From positions 510,001 through 542,000 of the forward strand of contig CP010424.1 of NCBI GenBank assembly GCA_000830275.1: a stretch of DNA of 32,000 bases, in the 5' to 3' direction. Of this stretch, positions 1 through 7,817 are shown one piece after another; the stretch's first letter is position 1, and the number at the start of each line of letters is the position of its first letter. Source of the DNA: an archaeon GW2011_AR10 (GTDB taxonomy: Archaea > Iainarchaeota > Iainarchaeia > Iainarchaeales > GW2011-AR10). Position numbers and translations under genes: made by a program. The notes beneath the pieces were generated by a model. It worked only from the letters and a program-made list of their open reading frames with translations, had not been told where the DNA came from and did not search any database.

Positions 1-204
1 GTGAGAGGAAATCTCGTGGCCGTTGGAATGCATTAACTCAACCTGCCTTGGAAATTCCTCAACCACTTTCCCGCAGACATTAAATGCAGCCATTATTTTT
101 CTTTTTCTAAGCTCTCCAAGCACTCTTTCAATGCACTCCTTGTTATCAGTTTTCTGGCTTACCAAATCAGCTTCCACGTCAAAAAACACAATAGTTTTTT
201 TCAT
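1..204 (-). CDS. Polysaccharide deacetylase (NodB/CE4-like), N-terminal fragment running off the window edge
   Basis: Not in the ORF track because it is open at the edge. The ATG at 204..202 lies 10 nt downstream of the stop of the 215..2311 gene. Hand translation: MKKTIVFFDVEADLVSQKTDNKECIERVLGELRKRKIMAAFNVCGKVVEEFPRQVELMHSNGHEISSH. FFDVE and GHEISSH resemble CE4 motifs 1 and 2. Confidence 0.45.
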   Translation of the reverse strand, partial: MKKTIVFFDVEADLVSQKTDNKECIERVLGELRKRKIMAAFNVCGKVVEEFPRQVELMHSNGHEISSH

Positions 205-214
205 TGAAAAACAC

Positions 215-2311
215 TCATTCAGGTTCAATTAAAACTTCTGTCAGTTCATTTTTTAATTTAAGGGCAATTCCGGGCCACAAAAACTCTTTCTTAAGCCTCT
301 CTTTTCCTCTTGCAACCAAAGATGCAGCAAGCTTCTGGTCATTTTTTATTGCAGTTAATTTCCTCGCAAGATCACTTGGTTTTCCTTCCTTGAAAACCAA
401 GCCAGCATCGCCGATTATTTCAGGAATCGCACCGCTACTTGAGCCAATTACCGGCACTTCAACAGCCATTCCCCCGAGAAGGATTCTGCCGAATTGTTCC
501 TTCCAAACACTGGTTGACTCTGAGGGCAGAACAACAACATCCATGCAGTTCAGGTATTTGGACACTTCCTCCAGAGAAGCATTGGTTACAACAATTCTGT
601 CACGAATTTTTTTCTTTTCAGCGTAATCCAAGAAATCTTTTTCGAATGGTCCTTTTCCAACAACCAAAATGTTGAACTCAAAATCAAGTGTTGATGCAGC
701 ATCAACCAAGGTGAGCAGGCCTTTTTCCTTTGTGAGCCTTCCGCCGAAACCGATTGTGAAATGCCTTAAACCCAAAGATTTTTTGAAATCTGGGCTGCGC
801 TTTTTCGAGTAAAGGCTGTTGTCAATGCCAAGGTAAAGCAAAGAGGCTTTTTTTATGAACCCTTTTTTTCTCAGGATTTTTTCGCACTCCGTATTGAGAA
901 TGAACGCAGAGCTAGCGCGAGAAAACACAAGCCTTTCAATCAGCCTGAAAATGAGCCACCTGCGCTTTTCAACCAAGTTTTCGTTAGTGTGAAAAACAAG
1001 CTTTGCACCAGAAAGCAATGAAACGACAAACGCCTGCAGCGCAACCATGCTTCCCGGCTCCTCTTGCAGGAAAATAATATCAGGCTTTGAATGCGTGATA
1101 TTTAGTAAAAAAGGCTTCGAGTAAAAGTGCAGGTGCATGTGGTTGGTGAAAACAGTGTTTCCCAAAACCATTTTTGCTTCGTTTCTTTCCCTCAAGTTGA
1201 TTTCCTCTGTTTTTTCTGCTGAAGCAGTGTGCCAACGCGTTGGCACAATAACCGAAACATCCCAATCAGGGAATTTGGCAAGTTCAATGAACAGTATTCT
1301 GTTCAAGGGGTCATAGGCTGAATGACTAATGCATAAAACCCTTTTTTTTCTGGAGCCTATTTCAATAATTTTGCGGTCACGGTTTTTTGCCGCAAGAGTT
1401 GAAGGCAGGAAAACAAGGTTCCATAAAAGCGCCTTCAGCACGATTGGAACATTCAGCAGAACATTGTCAGAGTAACGGAGCCTGTCAAAGTAGTTAAGGC
1501 TCCTGTCCACCTTTTTGAAAGGGTTAAGGGCATTGTTGATAACGCTAAGGGCAAGCCTTGCCGTGCGAATCACGCCAAAGTTTTTTATCGAGCAGCGAAT
1601 ATTGTTTCTTATTTGCAGGTAAGATGCCTTTCTCTTCCACGCCTTGTTCTCTGTAATTCCTGAACCCTGGTGGAAGTTTGAAATGTTTGTCTGCACGAGT
1701 TTGAAGCCAGCACGCCTTGCACGAGTTTCAAAATCTAATTCCTCATCGTAGAGAAAGTAAACAGGGTCAAAGAGGCCGGCTTTTTCAAAAACTTCCCTTT
1801 TAACGAAAAGGCCGCTGCCTGAAAGGATGCCTTCTTCCAGCACATTAAAGCGAAGAGGCCTGTTCTGCCTCAAAACTTTTTTGAACTGTTCAATGCTGCC
1901 CTTCACTATTGCTCCATGCGGATTAAAATCTTTGTCTGCAAGAGGATTAAGGTCACAGCCCACCAAGCCGATTTTGTCATCCCCGGCAAAAACCCGCAGA
2001 GCTTTTTCAATCCACTGCTTTTCCACCATGCTGTCATTGTTCAAAAGCGCAATGAAATCAGCCCCCTGGAGAAGGGCTCTTTTTATTCCGACGTTTACCC
2101 CGCCGCTAAAGCCCAGGTTTTCATTGTTCTCAATGACCTCAACCTGCCTGAATTTTTTTGCAAACTCTAAGCTGTTATCAGTGCTGCCATTGTCAACCAG
2201 CAGAACCCTGAAATTTTCGTAAGTGCCCTCAAGCACGTTGGGAATACAGTACTTCAAGTGCTTCAAGCCGTTGAAGTTCAGCACAATAACATACACCAGT
2301 GAGCTGCCCAT
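215..2311 (-). CDS. Fused two-domain glycosyltransferase: N-terminal GT2 (GT-A fold), C-terminal GT4/GT1-type (GT-B fold)
   Basis: The N-terminal part has VYVIVLNFNG...VLLVDNGSTDNS and a DxD-like region typical of GT2. The C-terminal part has GGRLTKEKG...EQFGRILLGGMAVEVPVIGSSSGAIPEII, typical of the GT4 E-x7-E region. The track ORF starts at TTG 2326. I prefer the ATG at 2311 (MGSSLVYV). Confidence 0.75.
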   Translation of the reverse strand: MGSSLVYVIVLNFNGLKHLKYCIPNVLEGTYENFRVLLVDNGSTDNSLEFAKKFRQVEVIENNENLGFSGGVNVGIKRALLQGADFIALLNNDSMVEKQWIEKALRVFAGDDKIGLVGCDLNPLADKDFNPHGAIVKGSIEQFKKVLRQNRPLRFNVLEEGILSGSGLFVKREVFEKAGLFDPVYFLYDEELDFETRARRAGFKLVQTNISNFHQGSGITENKAWKRKASYLQIRNNIRCSIKNFGVIRTARLALSVINNALNPFKKVDRSLNYFDRLRYSDNVLLNVPIVLKALLWNLVFLPSTLAAKNRDRKIIEIGSRKKRVLCISHSAYDPLNRILFIELAKFPDWDVSVIVPTRWHTASAEKTEEINLRERNEAKMVLGNTVFTNHMHLHFYSKPFLLNITHSKPDIIFLQEEPGSMVALQAFVVSLLSGAKLVFHTNENLVEKRRWLIFRLIERLVFSRASSAFILNTECEKILRKKGFIKKASLLYLGIDNSLYSKKRSPDFKKSLGLRHFTIGFGGRLTKEKGLLTLVDAASTLDFEFNILVVGKGPFEKDFLDYAEKKKIRDRIVVTNASLEEVSKYLNCMDVVVLPSESTSVWKEQFGRILLGGMAVEVPVIGSSSGAIPEIIGDAGLVFKEGKPSDLARKLTAIKNDQKLAASLVARGKERLKKEFLWPGIALKLKNELTEVLIEPE

Positions 2312-2371
2312 TTTTTCACAAAACAAGTTACAGATAAAAAAACCAAATAATGCCTTAATAATATTTTTCCA

Positions 2372-2390
2372 AAAACAAGTTATTTAAAAG
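2372..2390 (+). promoter_or_regulatory. Putative TATA-like box (TTATTTAAAAG) preceded by the AAAACAAGTTA repeat copy, upstream of the C-methyltransferase gene
   Basis: An A/T-rich box at 2380..2390 lies about 40 nt upstream of ATG 2429, with a GGGAG ribosome-binding motif at 2420..2424. It sits in a divergent intergenic region. Confidence 0.3.
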
Positions 2391-2428
2391 TACCTGTGCC
2401 CTTAATTTTTGAAAAAGCCGGGAGAAAA

Positions 2429-3682
2429 ATGCATACAAGAAGCGACTGCAGGATATGCCATAGTACAAACATCGAAAAATACCTTGATTTTGGGGAAATG
2501 CCTTTGGCAGGCGGGTTTTTAACGAAAGAACAATTAAAAGAAGAACAGCTTTTCCCGCTGAACGTTTACTACTGCAAAAACTGCACTGCTTCAGAAGTAT
2601 TGGACATTGTTCCAAGGGAAATTCTGTTCAAGCAATACTTTTACATGTCCTCGGCAACAAAAACTCTTTCAGAGCATTTTGAAAGGTTTGCCAAAGAAAT
2701 CAAGGAAAAATACCTTAAAAACAAAAAAGGGCTTGTGCTTGAAATCGGCTCAAATGATGGAATACTTTTGAAGCCGCTGATGGATTTGGGAGTGAACGCT
2801 CTTGGCGTTGACCCTGCGTTAAATGTTGTAAGGATAGCGGAAGAAAAAGGCTGCAGGGTAGTGAAGGAATTCTTTACCCCGGAGGTTGCAGAGAAAATCT
2901 CCAAAAAGGAGGGACAAGCAGAAATAATAACTGCAAGCAATGTTTTCGCGCACGTTGATGACATGGACGAATTAATGAAGGCAATTAAAATAATGCTAGC
3001 AGAGGAAGGCACATTCGTAATTGAAGTGCACTACGTTCTTGACTTGGTTAAGAAAATGCAGTATGACACGATTTACCACGAGCACTTCAGCTATTACACA
3101 GTGAAATCCCTTCAAAGGCTGTTTGAAAGATACGGAATGGAAATTTTCAAGGTTGAACGGATTCCAATCCACGCTGGCTCCATCAGGGTTTTCTCAAGGA
3201 ACAAAAGGAAAGGAAACAAAGCTATTGAAAGGCAAGTTAAAGCGTTGCTGGAGGAAGAGAAAAAAGCAGGGTTGCATTCATTCAATGCATATGTTGAGTT
3301 TGCAGAAAAAGTGAAGAAGCAGAAAAACCAGCTGAACTCAATTCTTTCAAAGCTGAAAAAGGAAGGCAAAAAAATAGTTGGTTATGGTGCAGCAGGCAGG
3401 GGCAACACTCTGCTGAATTACTGCAAAATAGGCAGGGAAACTCTTGATTATGTGGTTGATGCATCTCCATTGAGGCAGAACAAGTTCATTCCAGGCATGC
3501 ATATTCCGATTGTTGCGCCGGAAAAAATGAGGGAAAGCCCGCCAGATTACGCGCTGCTGCTTGCTTGGAGCTACTTCAATGAGGTAATGAAAAAAGAGCA
3601 GGAATTCCTGAAAAAAGGCGGCAAGTTTGTAATTCCTTTGCCTAGGCCCCGCATCATTGGCGTGAAGGACTTGCAAGCTTGA
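2429..3682 (+). CDS. SAM-dependent NDP-hexose C-methyltransferase (TylC3/EvaC-like: Zn-ribbon, class I MT and C-terminal C-methyltransferase domains)
   Basis: Four-Cys Zn ribbon CRICHS...CKNC, SAM motif I VLEIGSNDG, and C-terminal GYGAAGRGNTLLNYC. The track ORF begins at GTG 2396. The ATG at 2429 with an upstream GGGAG is more likely. Confidence 0.75.
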   Translation: MHTRSDCRICHSTNIEKYLDFGEMPLAGGFLTKEQLKEEQLFPLNVYYCKNCTASEVLDIVPREILFKQYFYMSSATKTLSEHFERFAKEIKEKYLKNKKGLVLEIGSNDGILLKPLMDLGVNALGVDPALNVVRIAEEKGCRVVKEFFTPEVAEKISKKEGQAEIITASNVFAHVDDMDELMKAIKIMLAEEGTFVIEVHYVLDLVKKMQYDTIYHEHFSYYTVKSLQRLFERYGMEIFKVERIPIHAGSIRVFSRNKRKGNKAIERQVKALLEEEKKAGLHSFNAYVEFAEKVKKQKNQLNSILSKLKKEGKKIVGYGAAGRGNTLLNYCKIGRETLDYVVDASPLRQNKFIPGMHIPIVAPEKMRESPPDYALLLAWSYFNEVMKKEQEFLKKGGKFVIPLPRPRIIGVKDLQA

Positions 3683-4595
3683 AATTAGACAAGTAGTTCT
3701 GCTCTCCCAGCTTCCTGAATTTTGCCAGGTCTTCATCCATTGAAGGGAGCTTTACTTTGAACTCTTTTTCAAATTTTTGAATTGTTAAGCTGCCGTCTCT
3801 TGGCCTCTTTGCCTTGAAAATGCCCTTGTCATAGAATTCCTTCAAAGTGCTTTTTCCAATAAGGCTTTTGTCAAAGCCGTAAAGTTCTGCAACCCTTGAA
3901 GCAAGCTCAAACTTGCTTAATGAACCGTGAGCGGAAATGTTGTAAATTCCCTGCTTTGGGGAATTAACCAGCAGCTCCAAGTTTTCTGCCAAGGAATTTG
4001 CAAGAATTATGTTCATGTACTGGTCAGTGAGAGCGGAAATTTTTTGCCCCCTAGAAAGAGCATCGTAAATCCATGAAACCGAGTTTTTGCGTTCAGGCAC
4101 AATGTTCCAGCCGAAAATGCAGGTTCTCACGATATTGTATTCCGGCTTCACTGCAAGAACTGCTTCATCCCCCTCAATTTTTGTGCAAGAGTAGACGCCT
4201 GCGGCTTTTGGAGTGTCTTCCTCAGAGTAATTGCCGCGCTCACCGTCAAAAACATAGTTGGTTGAAATGTGAATGAGTTTTGAGCCGTTGTCTTTCGCTG
4301 CAATTGCAGTGTTCCTCGCAGTTTCAACGTTGACCTTTTCTGCAAGCAAAGGCTTTTCCTCGCACAGCTCGAGGTTTGTCAATGCAACAGTATTTATGAT
4401 TGCATCCGGGTTTACCTTCTGAACAAATTTCTGTGCCTGCCTTTCATTGCTTAAGTCAACCTTCCAGCCATTGCACCCCTTTATCTTAACGCCGTGGTCG
4501 TGGAAGGAAAAAAAAGTTTCAAAGTTTTCTGAAAAATGAACGCAGCAAGCGCCTCCAAGCAAACCAGAACCGCCTGCAACAAGAATGCGCTTCAC
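3654..4595 (-). CDS. RmlD-like NAD(P)H-dependent NDP-4-keto-6-deoxyhexose reductase (SDR, substrate-binding-domain type)
   Basis: KRILVAGGSGLLGG Rossmann motif, YSCTKIEGD (YxxxK), and an RmlD-like length. The GTG start at 4595 lies 4 nt after the stop of the upstream gene and is preceded by GGAAGTGA. The track start at 4652 would overlap the upstream gene by 53 nt. Confidence 0.65.
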   Translation of the reverse strand: MKRILVAGGSGLLGGACCVHFSENFETFFSFHDHGVKIKGCNGWKVDLSNERQAQKFVQKVNPDAIINTVALTNLELCEEKPLLAEKVNVETARNTAIAAKDNGSKLIHISTNYVFDGERGNYSEEDTPKAAGVYSCTKIEGDEAVLAVKPEYNIVRTCIFGWNIVPERKNSVSWIYDALSRGQKISALTDQYMNIILANSLAENLELLVNSPKQGIYNISAHGSLSKFELASRVAELYGFDKSLIGKSTLKEFYDKGIFKAKRPRDGSLTIQKFEKEFKVKLPSMDEDLAKFRKLGEQNYLSNFKLASPSRQ

Positions 4596-4599
4596 TGAA

Positions 4600-5850
4600 T
4601 CACTTCCCGTGCCCTGACATGAAACCCTCAAATTTTTCCACAACGTAATCAATCATTTCATCGGTCATGCCTGGATGGCATCCAACGTAAAATGACTGCG
4701 AGTGAAAAAAATCCGTAACAGGAAGCGAAGATGACCTAATCTTAAACCCAGCGTAAGCAGGCTGCTTGAGCACGTTGCCGCCAAGCAGAAGCCTTGTTTC
4801 AATTCTTGCATTCCTCAAAAAGTCAATCAGTTCTGTCCTGCTGAAGGGCGCATTCTCCTTAATTGTTATTGGCACCGAAAACCAAGCTGCTTTAGCACCC
4901 TTTTCCTCTGTTGGAAACTCAAGAAAATCAGAGAATTTTTTCAATCCTTTGACAATCTTTGAAAAGTTTTGCCTGCGCTTTTCAACAAAGCCTGGGAGCT
5001 TTTTCAGCTGCTGCAAACCCATTGCTGCCTGCAATTCAATAATTCTCATTTTGTATCCAATGCTGGTGTACAGCGTTCTTTTGGATGGGTCCTTGAACGC
5101 GTTCTCGTCAAGCCCGCAGGTTTTAAGAGAATAAATCAGGGGATATAGTTTTTCATTGTTTAATGTAATGCTGCCGCCCTCTCCCATCGTGAAAGCGTGC
5201 GCTGCGTAAAATGAAAAGCACCCCGCGTCGCCGAAACTTCCAACCCTTTTACCGTTAAAGCTTGCTCCGTGAGCGTCACAGCAGTCCTCCACAAGAAAAA
5301 GGTTGTGTTCTTTTGCAATTCTGGTTAACTCATCCATCCTGCAAGGGTTTCCGAGGTGATGCAGCACAAGCAGCGCCCTTGTTTTCCTAGTAATCATTTC
5401 TTCAACAGTTTTTGGGTTCATGTTATAGGAGTGCCTTTCAACATCAACAAGCACCGGGTTAAGGCTGTTTAAGATGACGGAATTAAGCGATGTGGGAAAA
5501 GTAAGGGCAGAGGTAATGACTTCATCTCCTTCCTTTAAGTTGTTTTCAATGCGCGGGCTTTTTAGCGCTGCAAAAGCAAGGAGGAGTGCGCTTGAACCGG
5601 AATTGGTTACAATTGAATCCCTGCAGCCAACGTATTTCGCGAATTCCTGCTCGAATTTTCTAGTAAGCTTGCCTTCTGCAAGCCAGCCTGTGAAAAGGCT
5701 GTCAACGACTGCGTTTATTTCTTCAGCGCCAAACAAGGGGGCTGCATAATTAACCGTGGTTTTTCCGGGAACAAACTTTTCTGCTGGCAACTTTTTTTTG
5801 GCAATCCGTTCAATCAAAGAGTGAAGCTCACCAATTTCTGGTTCAGTCAT
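4600..5850 (-). CDS. PMP-dependent NDP-4-keto-6-deoxyhexose 3-dehydratase (E1/RfbH/DdhC or ColD type) of the DegT/DnrJ/EryC1 fold
   Basis: DegT-family motifs NSGSSALLL, EDCCDAHG and FSFYAAHAFTMGEGG. The position of the Schiff-base Lys is His (codon 5199..5197). ATG 5850 overlaps the upstream stop (ATGA) and follows GAAGGTGA. Confidence 0.7.
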   Translation of the reverse strand: MTEPEIGELHSLIERIAKKKLPAEKFVPGKTTVNYAAPLFGAEEINAVVDSLFTGWLAEGKLTRKFEQEFAKYVGCRDSIVTNSGSSALLLAFAALKSPRIENNLKEGDEVITSALTFPTSLNSVILNSLNPVLVDVERHSYNMNPKTVEEMITRKTRALLVLHHLGNPCRMDELTRIAKEHNLFLVEDCCDAHGASFNGKRVGSFGDAGCFSFYAAHAFTMGEGGSITLNNEKLYPLIYSLKTCGLDENAFKDPSKRTLYTSIGYKMRIIELQAAMGLQQLKKLPGFVEKRRQNFSKIVKGLKKFSDFLEFPTEEKGAKAAWFSVPITIKENAPFSRTELIDFLRNARIETRLLLGGNVLKQPAYAGFKIRSSSLPVTDFFHSQSFYVGCHPGMTDEMIDYVVEKFEGFMSGHGK

Positions 5851-6794
5851 TTTTTCACCTTCTGCTGTTTCAGCCACTGCTCTGTTTTGGCTAGGCCTTC
5901 CTCCAGCTTGGTTTTAGGCTTCCAGCCTAGAACCTTTTTTGCCTTGCTGTAATCGCAGACAAGCTTGTTTATTTCTGCCTGAGGGTGATGGTGCTTTACG
6001 TGCCTAACCCTGCTTTTGTCCTTGACAATCAGGAAAGCCAAATCATTGATGGAAATGTCTTTGCCTGTTCCTGCATTGAGTACTTGGCCAACAGCTTTTT
6101 CACTGAAAGCGGCCTCAACAATGAATTCAGCGCAGTCCTCGACAAAAAGCAAATCCCTTGTCTGGTTTCCTGAGCCAAAAATTTCAATGGTTTCGCCGTT
6201 CAGCTTTCTTTGCACAAAAATGCTTACAACCCCGCCCTCCATGTTGCTTTTCTGGAAAGGCCCAAAAGTATTAAATGGCCGCAAAATCACAACAGGCAAG
6301 CCAAATGAATGGAAGTATGCTTCAGCCATTGCTTCAGCTGCAATCTTGGAAGCAGCGTAAGGGGAAAGGGCCTTGAACTCATGCTTTTCACTAATTGGAG
6401 TGCCGCTTGAGAGATCGTAAACCATGCACGTGCCGATAACAACAACTTTGCAGTTGGTTTTGCGAGCTGCCTCAAGGACATTGAAAGTTCCAAGAATGTT
6501 TGAGTCAAAAGATTTTTGCGGAAAATCAATGCTTTCCTGGACATTAATTTGCGCAGCAGCGTGAATGCATACATCAAATTTGTTTTTGTAAAACAATTCG
6601 TTTACTGCTTTGCTGTCCTCAACTCCTGCAACAACCAAACCCCTGAAATCATCATTTTGCAAAAATTCCGCAATGTTTTCCTCTGAACCGTTTGAGAAGT
6701 CATCAATAACCCACACCCTGTGTTTTCCATCCAAAAGCTTTTTCACAACCCACCGGCCTATGAATCCTGCGCCGCCTGTAACAAGCACATTCAT
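5847..6794 (-). CDS. Extended-SDR NAD-dependent nucleotide-sugar epimerase/reductase
   Basis: NVLVTGGAGFIGRW, YAASKIAAE, ILRPFNTFGP. The ATG at 6794 lies 5 nt after the upstream stop and is preceded by GGAAGTGATT. There is no clear D-E dehydratase dyad (GTCMVYD). Confidence 0.7.
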   Translation of the reverse strand: MNVLVTGGAGFIGRWVVKKLLDGKHRVWVIDDFSNGSEENIAEFLQNDDFRGLVVAGVEDSKAVNELFYKNKFDVCIHAAAQINVQESIDFPQKSFDSNILGTFNVLEAARKTNCKVVVIGTCMVYDLSSGTPISEKHEFKALSPYAASKIAAEAMAEAYFHSFGLPVVILRPFNTFGPFQKSNMEGGVVSIFVQRKLNGETIEIFGSGNQTRDLLFVEDCAEFIVEAAFSEKAVGQVLNAGTGKDISINDLAFLIVKDKSRVRHVKHHHPQAEINKLVCDYSKAKKVLGWKPKTKLEEGLAKTEQWLKQQKVKK

Positions 6795-6799
6795 ATTAA

Positions 6800-7759
6800 T
6801 CACTTCCTGAAAGTTTTGTACCACTCAATTGTTTTCTTAAGGCCTTCCTCGAGGCTGAATTTTGGCTGCCAGCCCAGCTTATCCTTAATTTTGGAGTAAT
6901 CAGCCTGCAATGCAGCCAAGTCCCCTTTCCTTCCCTCAGCAAACTCAACCCTTGAACTGCTGCCAGTAAGCCCGATTATTTTTTCTGCCAGGCCCTTTAT
7001 TTTGATTTGTTTGCCTGAACCAATGTTGAAAGTTTCCCCTTTGAGTTTTCCGCGCGTTAAAACAAGGCTCTCATAGGCTCTTACCGCGTCCTTAACATAC
7101 TGGAAATCCCTTGTCTGCTCTCCACTGCCAGTTATCCTTAATGGTTCGTTGCTTAAGGCCCTTTCAATGAATGCAGGAATTACGGCTGAATAAGCTGAAA
7201 CGTTCTGGTTTGGGCCAAACGTGTTGAAGTTCCTTATCACGTTAACAGGATAAGAGTACCACTCGAACAGGCTCATGCAGTGCTTTTCCGCGGCAAGCTT
7301 GGTTACAGCGTAAATGCTCCTCGGCCTCATTGGGTGCAGTTCATCCATCGGCGTTCTAACAGGGTTACCGTAAACCTCAGGAGAAGAAGCATAAATCAAA
7401 AAAGGCTGGGAGGAAGAGGAAAAAAGGTTATGAACAAACTCAAAGGTTTTCCTTTCATTGTTTTCAAAGTACTTTTCCGGCTTCACCATTGACTCGTCAA
7501 TTGAAACAAAGGCAGCGAAGTGGATTACTGCATCAACATTTAATTCATCAATTGCCTTTGCGTTGAGTTCCGCGAAATCCTTCTTAAGCAGCGAAAACTT
7601 TTTTTCAGGGTCACTAAGCATTCCCATTGGCTTTGCTGACTTGAATTTCCTGGAAAAATCGTCAACTCCAACAATGCCCTCAATTTTTTTGTTATCTACA
7701 AGCTGCTGGCAGGCATGGATGCCGTAAAGGCCTGCTGCACCAGTAACAAGAACCCTAAT
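6800..7759 (-). CDS. Extended-SDR nucleotide-sugar epimerase/dehydratase whose Rossmann motif lies upstream of the first ATG (probable ATT start)
   Basis: The track ORF (6800..7627) starts at MGMLSD and lacks GxxGxxG. The same frame stays open 44 more codons upstream (IRVLVTGAAGLYGIHACQQLVDNKKIEGIVGVDDFSRKFKSAKP) to an in-frame TGA at 7762..7760. GAGGTG lies 6 nt upstream of ATT 7759..7757. The downstream part has SSPEVYG, YAVTKLAAE and NFNTFGP. Confidence 0.6.
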   Translation of the reverse strand: MRVLVTGAAGLYGIHACQQLVDNKKIEGIVGVDDFSRKFKSAKPMGMLSDPEKKFSLLKKDFAELNAKAIDELNVDAVIHFAAFVSIDESMVKPEKYFENNERKTFEFVHNLFSSSSQPFLIYASSPEVYGNPVRTPMDELHPMRPRSIYAVTKLAAEKHCMSLFEWYSYPVNVIRNFNTFGPNQNVSAYSAVIPAFIERALSNEPLRITGSGEQTRDFQYVKDAVRAYESLVLTRGKLKGETFNIGSGKQIKIKGLAEKIIGLTGSSSRVEFAEGRKGDLAALQADYSKIKDKLGWQPKFSLEEGLKKTIEWYKTFRK

Positions 7760-7817
7760 TCAAACCACCTCTAAAAGAAAACCAGAAACAATACTGATTT
7801 CTTAAAAGGAAAAGCAT

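Noticed and set aside
4600-5850. Assigning the 3-dehydratase specifically to the Fe-S-containing E1 (RfbH) class
   Set aside because: The length (416 aa) is closer to E1 than to ColD. However, I cannot align the four E1 cluster cysteines by eye, and no E3 reductase gene is present. The call is left as E1/ColD-type.
7760-7762. Possible TGA recoding or read-through upstream of the SDR Rossmann motif
   Set aside because: TGA clearly functions as a stop for several well-defined genes in this window (for example at 215, 4600, 6800 and 22355). Codons upstream of this TGA do not extend any SDR homology. An ATT start behind GAGGTG is the simpler explanation.
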